From the NCBI GenBank assembly GCA_028534125.1, contig CM052817.1, positions 94,490,001-94,554,000 of the forward strand: DNA of 64,000 bases, in the 5' to 3' direction. Made by a program: the position numbers and the translations under genes. Of the stretch, positions 14,870 through 26,343 are shown in pieces. The notes under the pieces are model-generated. The model was not told the DNA's origin and made no database searches. It saw only the letters and a list, made by a program, of their open reading frames with translations. Each line of letters begins with the position of its first letter. Positions within the stretch are counted from its first letter, which is position 1. This DNA is from Lama glama. Lineage: Eukaryota.

Positions 14870-15088
14870 TTGGGGTTTCTTACCCTCAGCACTGCTGGCA
14901 TTTTGGGCTGGATGATTATTTGTTGAGGGGGCCTGTCCTGTGCACTGTAGATGTTTAGCAGCATCCCTGACCTCAACCCACTAAATGCCAGTAACACCAC
15001 CCCATCAGCTGAGACAACCAAGAATGTCTCCAAACATTGCTGAAAGTCTCCAGGGCTGAGGGGAAATTGGCCTCTTTGAGAACCACTG
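14870..15088 (-). mobile_element. MER20 (hAT-Charlie MITE)
   Basis: 'tgtcctgtgcactgtagatgtttagcagcatccctgacctc..ccactaaatgccagta..aatgtctccaaacattgc..tttgagaaccactg'. Confidence 0.9.
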
Positions 15089-15117
15089 CCTACTAAACTT
15101 TATAGTAATTTTGTCAG

Positions 15118-15365
15118 AGGGACAGTAGAACACAGTGGTTATCTGTGCAGGCTGTGGAGTCAGGCTGCTCTGATTTAAATTCTGACTCTGCTGCATACTT
15201 ATATTCTTGGAAAATTACGTAGGCTCCATGTGCCTGTTTTGTCATCTGTAAAATGGGAATTAATATACCTGGCAGAGTTATTGTGAGAATTAATTGAATT
15301 GTTTTGTAAAATGCACAGAACCCTGCCTGGCATATAGTAGTTTTCAACAAATGTCAATGGTTATT
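15118..15365 (+). mobile_element. MIR SINE, near full length
   Basis: 'cagtggtta..ggagtcagg..tcatctgtaaaatgggaat..ttgtgagaattaa..cctggcatatagtag'. Confidence 0.85.
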
Positions 15366-15395
15366 GCTTGTCATGTTCCAAAATATATCATTAAT

Positions 15396-15528
15396 TTTTA
15401 GGGGGAAGGGGGAGGTAATTAGGGTTATTTATTTATTTATTTAATGGAGGTACTGGGGATTGAACCTGGGGGACCTCATGCATGCTAAGCATGGGCTCTA
15501 CCGCTGAGCTATTTATACCCTTCCCTCC
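15396..15528 (-). mobile_element. tRNA-derived SINE (camelid Vic-1-like)
   Basis: Antisense 'gggaagggtat..agctcagcggtagagcccatgcttagcatgcatgaggtc..ggttcaatccccagtacctccattaaataaataaata' has Pol III A and B boxes. Confidence 0.85.
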
Positions 15529-16337
15529 CAATATCACTGATATTTTAACTGCATTGCATTTATAGGTTGATCTGGAGGAGAATCAATCTCTTTGTGACAT
15601 TACAGCCTCCTTTCCAAGGACCAGACATAGCCCTGCCATGATTTAAGAGCTCTCCCCTAGATTCCTGAGTAGCTTCACAGTTTTCTTCACAAGGTCATGC
15701 TTCTTTCTTAAGCAGCACAAGTGAATAAAATATAGAAGTAGGACCCTTCCAAATTCCTCTGTGTACTTCTTGCAGCTCTGCCCTGTGCCCTTAGGTAGAT
15801 ATGTTATGCCAACTCCAGTGCCCTCTCTCCATTTGGTCCAAAGCAGATATTCTACAGATTTCTAGTGTGAAATTGGGGTTATTTTCTAATTTAGGACGCT
15901 ATTAACTTTTAAAAAATACTTTTATTTATTCTTTTGGTTCATTTAAACATATTTCAAATAGAAGGAATTTGTGAATGTTTTCTTAAACTGCCAGCTTCTC
16001 TTGACATGCTTGACTTTTTGAAGAACTCCTTAAAATTATTCTTTTTGTTCATCTGTTTTTAAATAGTCTGCTTATGTTTGGTGTTTCCAAATGATGTATC
16101 ATTTTACCCCTTTTTATTAGGTGAGTGATGTGAATAGTGAATTTGGGATTGGGAGCAACTGTTTTGTTGGAAATCAACCAGGAACTGATACAAAAATGGA
16201 CTGTGATTTTTACCTTTTATGCAATTGTTTTGGCTTCTTACAAGCTCATGGCACTTTCTTTAGTATTTACCACTAAACAAGTAAAATGGTATAATAACTG
16301 CCATTCCCTTCCTTTCACTAAACTGCACGTAGCTCTT

Positions 16338-16679
16338 CTTTTAAATTGAAGTATAGTTGATTTACAATATTGTGTTAGTTTCAGGTATATAGCAGAGTGA
16401 TTCAGTTATACATATATATATTTTTTCAGATTCTTTTCCATTATAGGTTATTACAAGATATTGACTATAGTTCCCTGTGCTGTACAGCAGGTCCTTATTG
16501 TTCATTTACTTTATATATAGTTCATTTGCTGCAACATGGATGGACCTAGAGAATATCTTACTAAGTAAAGTAATTCAGACAGAGAAAGACATATTACACA
16601 ATACCACTTGCCTGTGGAATCTAAAAAATAATACTATTGAATTATTTACAAAACAAAAACAGACTCAGAGACATAGAAA
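16338..16679 (-). mobile_element. L1 3' insertion with 5' inversion (twin priming)
   Basis: Antisense 3' UTR at 16338-16521 abuts a sense L1 segment at 16523-16679. Flanked by the direct repeat TAGCTCTT at 16330-16337 and 16680-16687. Confidence 0.88.
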
Positions 16680-18919
16680 TAGCTCTTTACAAAAAAAAGA
16701 ACTGTGGTTGCCTCTAGCAAACAGTCCCATGTACTTGATATATAAACACACTAATTGCCTTTTTTTTTTCACACTTGTGAAGGTGATAGAATAAATCACT
16801 AAACATTTCATGGTATCTGAGGAGGATGAATCTGTTAGGATGATGCTTTCTTGCTTGGGGACAGTGTGTACACCACGGGGTCCCCTCTATCTGCCATAAA
16901 ACTCCATCTCCACCTCCCATCAATTGCTTTAATCAGTGTTCCTGTGGTGGGATGACACAGGCAAACGCTGAGGTCTTGCTACTCATCCCTTTAGAAATTG
17001 TCTTTCAGAGTCATTTTGCTCTTAGTAATTTTTCTTTGTATTGTCTGCAGTCATTTATTTTCTTTTATTCTACCATTGACCTACCCAAATGTTTTTCTTG
17101 CTTTTCTTTGTGTAACTTTATTTCCAGCTTGTCTGCAATTCTCTTGTATAAATGATACTAGTATAAACAGTATAAATGATAGAGGAAATATATCAGTCTT
17201 ACAGAAAAAAGTTCCTATAGATGTGTGTGTGTAGGGTATAAGATAGGAAGAAGTAATCAATATATAACAGCATATGTCTGCCTTTTAAGGTTTTAATACT
17301 TATTAGAATTTATAAAGAGGGTAAATGAATGGGCATTTTGGAGCGTCTGGACGATACTGTTGTTTTCATTTGCATTTTAAAACATGAATGAGGCTGAAAG
17401 TAAATTAGTGCAATTTTGAAATATATATGCCTAAAAATTTGAATAGAAGTTTGTTGGTCAGAAGGTATAATGAGTTTTGGCCAATTTAGATGCTTTGAAA
17501 TGCAACATTGAAGTATTAAATGTTTTTATAAGACGTGATCATTGCTCTAGCACATTTTATATGTCTTAAGAAAGTATTTGAAACTTTCTAGTCAGTCTGT
17601 CAGTCATGCTACAGATATTTTTAAGTGATATCTCCCTCTGTCTCATTCTTCTAGGCACATAGAGGCCCCCAGAGTAATTTCCCTCAAAAGTGTACATGCT
17701 GGTATCTGTGGGCGTGTAAGTGGCATGTAATAAGTGGGTAAGCTAATGCTAAGAGGTTCGCTGAGACTATCCCTATTTTCTTGTAGTTGTGCACTCAGAT
17801 CCACAACCAAGAATAAGAAAAACTGAGGATCACCTCACTCTTCAGAGAACTATTGAGTTGCTGCTCACTGTTGGTGGTGGACCTCCTCTCAGCGCTTTCA
17901 TAGAGTTTATAGAACCAGACCTTCTACCAGATCGGGGTATACAAGTGAGGAAAGTGGATGGGAGAGATTCACTAGGAATTCCTTGTCAGGGACCTGGTGG
18001 GAATGTATGGCCAGCCGTGATTCCCACTTCACCCCATGGTGGATGGGAGAAGGGTGCTCTCCATTCGCAGAAATCTAAGTGGGAAAAGAGAAAGGGAAAC
18101 TGAAAGAAAAATTGGGGATGCTTGCAAAAATGTGGGTGAGACTAACATTCTGTTTAACGCTGGAAGGCTGTTTGGGCAGCATTTCACCAGTGTGCTCCTA
18201 TTCCTACATGAGTGGGGGAGGAGAATTGAGGCTGAACAGTGGGGTCAGAGAAGGCAGTAGTTGAGCATCTGAACACCATTCATTTGGTGTGTAAAGATGC
18301 TAGAATATCCAAAATATCAAGTGGAAAGTGGCTGAAGAATTACCCTGCTAGTACCTTACACAAGAAGGTGTAAGGTACTAGCCTCCAAGCCAGGGGACAC
18401 CAAGAGTAAGAGCCTTGGTTTAAGAACTTGGTGATGAGAATTGAACAAGAATAGAAGAGGCAAAGCTGGCATGAATCCCCCTCTCTGACTTTGAGAAGCC
18501 CAGAATTGAACTTTGACTCCCAGAGTCCACTGGTGGCCAGACTGTGTAAGCCAGCTCAGCCACTGCCACCGTTAAGCACATGACCACGACCACCTACTTT
18601 AAGTCAAAAGATGTCCTCTTCCTGCTTTCTGATCTCTCCTTCCAACCCCAGAGGAGTTAAAGCCTAGAAGGAGGAGGGTAGCCACAGAGCTTCGAATTAG
18701 GAACAAGATTAGCATTTTGAAACTGGAAGAGTTTTGATAGCAAAAGAGACTAGAACGTTTATCTCTCCGTGAGACTTCTCAGTAACCAGTTAACAAATGA
18801 AGAGCATAGTCCTAGGAACTGAGTGCTAGGAAGAAAATAAAGGAAAGAAATGAGATGGAGTTGAGTGGAGTCCGGGAGAGAGAGGAAACTGCTTTACCTC
18901 GGCTAGGCTGGGAGACCTA

Positions 18920-19420
18920 TTTCATTCAACAACATTTTACTGAGTTTTTCCATATTCCACTCACTGTACTCAGGTTTGGGGATATCGTTGTAAACAAAGC
19001 AAACAAACAAACAAAATCACCAACAATCTTCTTTGAAGATGTGAGACAGGAATGATTATAAGAGGCAGCCCAACAAAGGTAAGAGAGAAAAAGGAGAAAA
19101 AAAAAAAAAGAATAAAGTTCCTGAGAAAGGAGCAAGTGAAGTGTGTTGGAGTTTCAGGAACAGGATTTGGCTGGAGCCTCATAAACAAGAAAGAGGGTTG
19201 GAGAGTGGGTGAGGGAGGGAAGGTAAGGCTGGCCATGTAGACAGGTTAGGTCCTTGAAAGCGTGCTAAGAAGTGGGGGTTTTACTCTGGTGTGATGGGAG
19301 GCCCATTGGAGATTTTAAGTAGGGAGAGTATATGATCTAACTTATGTTTTAGAAAGATTACTCTCATTGCTTTGTGACGGAGAGAGTACAAGAAATGTGA
19401 GTAGAGGCTGGAAGACAAAA
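18920..19420 (-). mobile_element. L2 LINE 3' fragment
   Basis: 'ttcattcaacaacattttactgag..' and 'gggaggcccattggagattttaagtagggagagtatatgatc..agaaagattactct'. Confidence 0.8.
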
Positions 19421-20406
19421 CATGAGGCTGATACAGATAATCTCACCTATGCTTTTCAGTAAGTTATAAATGATGTTGTTCACTTTTCAGTGCCCCTTTT
19501 CCTTAATTTCAAAATGCCTGTGGATGGGGGTACTTTGACGTAAAGAAATTAAAATATTCAGCACCTTTACTCTTTAGTAGAACTAGAAATAATTTAATTG
19601 ATTTAGGTTAAGTAAGACATTAAACTGATTGCTTTTGATTTAAAGATAATACCTTTTAGCTGAGAATGGAACTAATTTTCGTATGGTTGGCAATATTTGA
19701 AATAATTACTCAACTTCAGTTGAAAGAAAGGGTCTAAAAATTACTTTGTTTTCCTCAGAGCACATCACCCGCAAGAGAGAAGAGCCATGAGAAAGGTCAA
19801 GGACGTCCTCTGAGTAACTTAAGTAGAGGCTGAAATAACAAATTCCCTAACGTATGGTGCCCTGATAGCATTTGGCAAAACCATTTGGAAGAGACCCAAA
19901 CTGAGACAGCAGTGCTAGTTAATAAGCTCCATTGAGAGATGTTCATCAACTAATAATGTGAACTCAAGTTGAACTCAGGTCATAAAACTTGGAAAAATGG
20001 ACTTTGGGAAATTGTATTCTTCATTGCAGAATGATTGACCTAAGCATGAGATCAATTCTAAGAATGACTGTAAGGGGCAGATAAGTTCAAAGCCAAGCTC
20101 AGAAAAATAGGAACCACTCAACAAAGTTCATCATCTCAAATTCTATTCCCAAAACCCATCTGTAGGGAGGAACTTTTTGGATCTCTGCTGTGGAAGTGAA
20201 ATTCTTGTCTCTGATTTGAACTGGGAGTCACAGTTCTCAGTGAGACACAATTAAACAGTCTCTGAAACATGTTAGATATGCAACAGAATGAAGGAACTTG
20301 TAGATTTGGAAGACTGTTTTTATCAGTCTTAAGTAAAACCCCATGTAGATTAATGTATTCTCTCCACTAGGGAAATGTGTTTTAGCATCAGTCTTGACAT
20401 GATTTC

Positions 20407-20410
<4 letters not shown>

Positions 20411-20441
<31 letters not shown>

Positions 20442-20557
20442 GCAGAGGTGGGTAATTAGGTTCACTTATTTATTTTTTTCATGGAGGTACTGAGGGTTGA
20501 ACCCAGGACCTCATGCATGCTAGGCATGCAGTCTGCCACTTTAGCTATACCCTCTCC
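20411..20557 (-). mobile_element. tRNA-derived SINE (camelid Vic-1-like)
   Basis: 'atggaggtactgagggttgaacccaggacctcatgcatgctaggcatgc..tagctataccctctcc' with a T-rich tail. Probable TSD tgattt(c/t)tttt at 20400 and 20558. Confidence 0.88.
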
Positions 20558-21506
20558 TGATTTTTTTTTTAATTTGAAAAAGTTAATGACTTTTTATTGT
20601 ATCTTTTTCTTTAAAAATATAATACAGGCTTATTATAGAAAAGTTAGAAGGTAGGAAAATGTGAAAAGAAGACAACTAAAATTAGTTATGACACCTTCAG
20701 CTAGACAGACAGACTGACACACACACCAGGAGTTCTTATCATGGGGTCTATCTGTAATCTTTTAAACATAACAACAAACACCATTCCTTGTTACCAAACC
20801 TGACAGATTACAACATGATGTGACTGTTAAGCAGCATCCTGAGGCTTCCAGAGCGCTCTGGATTTTAGACATTTGAGGTGGTCACTTGGGGAGGTCACAG
20901 TATGTATACAGTTATTCGTATGCTGATGCTGAACAACACAGATTTGTGTCTGTCTTCTTCCCCTTGATCAAAGAAAGGCATGTGGCCGGTGGCCAGGGCC
21001 TGCCACCCCTTGCCTTTCAGGACAGAAGAGAAGAAGCCTGGGATGCCCCTCCCCCAGCTCCTCAGTAAGGCAGTCAAGGCGGCTGCTGTGTGGGGTGGGA
21101 GGGCGTTCTGCACATGGTGACACTAGAGCCTGTGGTTTTGACTTTCCTTCTTGGGAGTGTGGGCCTTATGGTATCCCTGGGAGATTTGTGACCCAGCATT
21201 CTCAGCAGGACGCGCCATCGTCCCCGGAGGTCACTGAAAAGTCAGGCCCTTCTCTGTGTGTGCCCACCCCTCTGCCTGCCATTCTCTTCACTGTTGGAAG
21301 ACTCTGCACTCCTGGCAGGTGCTTTATAATCAAGATCCACTCATACCAATGGAAGCCCGTCAGAAACTCTGGTTAGAGACAAAGATCTGAGTTAAACTTA
21401 GTCCCTGCTCTCAAAGAGATCACAGTAGAAAAACTTCCTCTTTTGCTTGTTTTAAATCACAGGGCAGTTTTAGCCACTAGGCACCTGGGGTATTTGAGTG
21501 AATCTT

Positions 21507-21769
21507 TTTTTTCCCCCTCTGTGGTAACTTTTTTTTTTTAATTTTTTTTGATTGAAGTATAGTCAGTTTACAGTGTGCCAGTTTCTGGTGTACAGCATAA
21601 TGCTTCAGTCATACATGAACATACATATATTCCTTTTCATTATAGGTTACTAAAAGATACTGAATATAATTCCCTGTGCTGTACAGTAGAAACTTGTTGT
21701 TTGTCTATCTTATATATAGTAGTTAGTGTCTGCAAATCTTGAACTCCCAATTTATTCCTTCCCACCTCC
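21507..21769 (-). mobile_element. Short lineage-type L1 3' end with 12-bp TSD
   Basis: 'attgaagtatagtcagtttacagtg..ccctgtgctgtacagtagaaacttgttgtt'. TSD TGAGTGAATCTT at 21495-21506 and 21770-21781. Confidence 0.9.
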
Positions 21770-22059
21770 TGAGTGAATCTTAGTTTTTCTCCAACATTTC
21801 GTTTGCATCCCCTCGTATGTGATTTCATTTGCCTCTAGGCAGCCACCCGGAGTCCAGCCTGAAGTCGTCATTCCCATTTTGCAAATTCTCTGCTCTTGGC
21901 TATGTTCATACCTTCATTCTGTCTCAACTATCCCACTGCAATGGGTTTGACATTAAAAAAAAAAAAAGGCTGAAAAGAACAAATCATCATGGTAATACAT
22001 GTAAAATTTTTGAAGTCAAATGTTTTTTCATTGGACTATAATAAAAATCATGGCAGCCA

Positions 22060-22312
22060 ACATTAGTTGATCGCAAACATTGCACCTGGCACTCTTCAAA
22101 ATGTTTCCGATGTATTAACTCATCCATTCCTCACCTCAGTCTTTTGAGGAGATACTCCTCTTATTATCAACCCATTTTGTGAAAAAGAACAACTGAGTCC
22201 CAGAGACATTGAAGAACATATCCAAGGCCTCACAACTGGTAAGTGGCAGAACCTGGCTTTAAACCCATGTGCCCTGGCCAGTAGACCTGTGCTTTTAACT
22301 ACTGTGCTGTTC
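22060..22312 (-). mobile_element. MIR SINE
   Basis: 'cccatttt..aactgagtcccagaga..ccaaggcctcacaactggtaagtggcagaacctggctttaaaccca'. Confidence 0.85.
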
Positions 22313-23764
22313 TGCAGCAGTTCTCTCTTCCAGCCTCTCCCCACTGCTCATCTCCGGGCCTAGGAAGCAGCACTCACAGGCAGTCTTGGTCTCCCCCACG
22401 GAGCTCATTCACTCTGGGGAAGGGGAGGGGGCAACCCTACTGCACTGATCACATTTCCCCTCTTTCATACTTCATGGGTCAACACTCTAATTTGCTTTCC
22501 GCTTTCTAGGTCCTTATTGACATATCCATCTGTTGTTATCATTACTGTTACTCTTTCTTCTGTTCTTTTCATTTTGTTTTTCATCCCTTACCATTATCAG
22601 ATGGAGAAAATATCAACTCACATGTTCAGCATGCCTTCTTGAACTCTAAGGCTACTTTTACTCTAGCCCTGGAAAGTGTGATTTGCATTAGGGTTCATCA
22701 GGTGTGCCTTATGATCTGTCCCCAGCCTACTTTCCCAACCAGGGCTCCTAATTTTATGCTCCGTATGTTCTAACTTATTTTTTTGTGTGTATGCCTCATG
22801 TTTTCCTGACTTGGTGTCTCATCTCTGACCATTTGAGTCTTCCCTGAAACCCAGCAGTGAACATGATCGCTCTCCCCCGTCTCAATTCCTGGAATACTTG
22901 TGGTACTTCACTAGTGCTGTGCATCATGGTTTCTCTTTTAGTGTAATCATTCCTATTCATAATCTCATTTCTGTGTTGCACAGAAGCTTCTTCTTAGTAG
23001 TTGGCAGGTCCTTTTGTAGTGGAAGAAACTTGGGCTTGAAATCAAGGACAGTTGTATTCAAATAATAATTCCAAGACAAAGGAAGATTTAAATTTACAAA
23101 TTCTCAAGAGCCACAGAAAAAGAAAAAGTACTTGGTAGGGTTCAGTAACTACTGATGATGAAAAAAAAAATCTTGTAACAGCTAGAAAAGAGCTTTCTTA
23201 AACAATGGTGGTTATAGACTAAAACCTTATAGGAAATGAAACATCATTCTTAATGGAGACATGTAAGTTCAGACATAGTCCCTGTGAGAAAAGGAGCAAG
23301 AAGAATGCCAACCATCACTGGCATTAGATGCTGTATTACTGAACATAGTGGCTAAAACAACTGGCCTTAGTCTCTGGCATTTAGTTTTGGTCATGCAACT
23401 AAGTCTGGCCAATGGCATGTGTGTGAAGGTTACCCCTTGTACCATTTGCCAGTCTGGCCCAAAAAACCTCATATGAACATCTCTCCATTCTTTTTCCTGG
23501 CCACCAGGTGATTGGAAAGATGACTTTGCAGACTGAAGAGGCACTATAAGCCTAGATCCCTGCATGACTGTGTGGAACAGAAATCTCTCCTCTCCCCTCC
23601 CCAAAGCACACTGAACACTTCTATGAGCAAAACTGCCAACTTTAATAGTGCTGAACCCTTCAATTTTGGGCTCATCTGCTATAGCATTTCGGCTATCTAA
23701 TACAGAAGTAGGGATGCTACCATAGCAAAACTCTGAAATAAATGGCATTGGATTAGTGTTTACG

Positions 23765-24387
23765 TGTCAGGAGATGATTATTTGGTGAGTGTTGTCTACA
23801 GAAACTTAGAGGGAATGTGCCTTCTGCACCTGTAGTTTAGAAGGAGCCCAAGTTTTGATATTTGCCGTTTGTTACTGCTTGCATGGCTCTTAGCATAACT
23901 GATGCCATCTCAAGCCCTTACAGTTTCTCCTGTCCTTCTGCTGACCTCCCCCAGAGCTGTACTGTGTGGTAAATCAGTTCTCTGTCATCAGGTGCCTTGT
24001 GGTTAATGGATACTGGTCAGTAATCCTTAGGATCAAGTGGCCTCTGTACTCTGTTAGTCCCCAATGATGAGAACCTTTGCTGACTTGTTCCTGGTTCCCA
24101 CAAGACTAGTTACCCATTCATGAATCTTGACTAAGTAATTCACATCCTGTTTCCAAGCACCTGCCCCCTATACCCTAGGTTAACTGTAAATTGTCCCCAT
24201 GGCCCCTCAGCAGTGTGGAGTGCAGCTGCAAACGATTCTAGATCATTGTCCACCTGGTCCTACCCCATGAGTAAGTAACCCTGTGACAAACTGATCCATT
24301 GATTCTACGGAGCTGCCTGCCTCATTTTTCGGTCTCAAGATGCCTTCTCAGCTCAGTGGGTACTTTTTGTTCCCTCTGCCATCAAAC
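23765..24387 (+). mobile_element. ERVL-type LTR nested in the MLT1 internal region
   Basis: TG..CA-bounded segment with 'tgcctgcctcatttttcggtctc..gccttctcag', resembling the MER54/MER74-like group as recalled. Confidence 0.5.
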
Positions 24388-25614
24388 ATTGCTTTTAGCA
24401 ATGTGTTATAAGAAAAGAATAAGTTCAGGAAAGAACTGGCTTATTTCTAAGAAGAAATTAAGGATCTCATTGTGTTGGAGAAACCAAATGCTTCTGGACC
24501 TGAAACAATAGGAGATAAGACTGGAAAAGAAGAAAAAGACATCTCAATGCTTCTCATTAGCCAAAAGGATCCAGCCCTATGGCTAAGATTATATCAAGAG
24601 TATTGTTCATCTTAGCCCATGATTTAAGATATCTCAGAGGAGCTGTCACTAAGTTAGAGGCAAGGATTAATGCAAGTACACAAAGGAATTAAGAAATTTA
24701 GAATCATGTCTCAAAAATAACTTTGGGTGCAGTTACAAATGGAGCTGACTGAAAGTGCATTAACTAGAAGTCACTTAAGTTTCTAAGGGATTTTTGTTAC
24801 CAAAGTAACCCTGAGCCTGGCTTGAAAAAGCCTTTGCCCGTTTCCTCTATGAAACAACCTGGGACCATTAGAAAATGTGTTACAAAGTCTGCATAGCTCT
24901 CAAGGAGGGCACACATCTCAGCGCTCACGTCAAATGTGGCTGTGATATGTCATCACCAGGAAGAACCTTTCCAAGTGCGAAGCCAGGTACACAGAGAACA
25001 ACAGACATGTGTTCTCCGGCCTGGACTTCACAGTCCTTGCCCATCAAATTCTCATTGCTGTGGACCAGTGACTGACATTTGTTTCACATTCATCTCTTTT
25101 CTTTTTTGGATGGTGGTTTTTATTGCTAATATCCTAGCCCAGCTCCACCGTCGTGTATGGGGCACGGCAGGGGCAGGTAACTTGTCTTCTTAGTTCCTTG
25201 AAGAACTACATTTCAACCTGGTGAGGAAACTGAGCTACATGCAGTGACAATGTGGAGAAGAGGAAAGTGTGCTCTGTGTGTGGGAATAAGGATGTACATG
25301 CGTTCTCGTGGCCAGAAGCCTGAGGTTGTGGCAGAGACTGTCAGCTGTCCAGTAAAACCCATTGTACCCTTAGTCCTGGGCACTGGGCTTTTCCCAGACT
25401 CCCTTGCAGTTAAGTGAGCCGTGTGAGTACTGATCAACAGAATGTGAGTGGGGATGATATGCCCCCCCCTTTTAGTTCTTACTGATTAAACTTCCCGTTT
25501 GTGGTCCTTTTTACTGTTTCCCTCTTCTGGTGAACTAGACTAGTGATGCCCAGGGCAACTTTGAAAACCATGTGTTGCAGGTGACAAAGGTGCGTTAGGC
25601 TTAGATTCATGAAT

Positions 25615-26343
25615 TGTTACTGAAACCACAGTTCCAGCCACTCGCTGCTCGAAAGCCAACACAAAGAGAGGCACATGTTGGTAGGAAGGAAAGTTTGCTT
25701 TATTCTGGAGGCCAGCAACCAGGGGTGAGAAGGGGGGTGGGGGCGGACTCCTGTCCAAAGGCTACCTACCTCCCCCCTGCACCACTGTTGATCAGTGGGC
25801 AAGAGCTTTTAAGGGGTAGTTTCAGGGGTGACAGGCAGAGCGGGGGGGGGGTGGCTACATGCAGAACAGCACAGTTAGCTCTCACAGTCACCTTGAAATT
25901 GCTCATGCAGCGATCTGATCAGCATCATCTTGATTGTTTTAAGTACAGTTAGTCTTCAGGTCCAGGGCCCGTTTGTTTTCACTTCTTTGCGGCCAGCTCT
26001 TGGAATCGTGGCAGCTCATGTCACGGCTGCAGTGTGGCCGTCATGTAGTTGACTTCTTGCACCTGGTGGGAGCTTCGGTATCTATAGGACAGCTCAGGGT
26101 GTGGCCCAGAACACTAGCTACAGCCCTTGAGGAGGAACTAAAGGTCTTTGGCTTTGCTTGCTGGTCAAACTATTATTATTTTGTTTTGCTTGACTATTTC
26201 CCTTTGTTTCTGTATCTTCTTACTTCTCTGATTAAATTTATTCTTTGACTGAAGTTTTTCTACGGACAGGAGTCAGGTGGAGGACATGGTGGAGGTGGGA
26301 GGGTCCGTCCTGGGAAGGCCCCATAGAGTCCTGCTCCATTTCA
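25615..26343 (-). mobile_element. ERV1-class solo LTR, 729 bp, with 4-bp TSD
   Basis: Bounded by 'tgttactgaa' and 'ccatttca'. TSD GAAT at 25611-25614 and 26344-26347. Antisense AATAAA ('gctttattc') near 25700. The host MLT1 reads continuously across it. Confidence 0.88.

Noticed and set aside
15396..15528. tRNA gene call for A/B-box sequences (also 20411-20557 and 46030-46121)
   Set aside because: They carry SINE bodies, AT-rich tails and substitutions, so they are retroposed SINE copies rather than tRNA genes.
23269..23748. 159-aa minus-strand ORF
   Set aside because: It lies within an MLT1 LTR and is a chance open frame.
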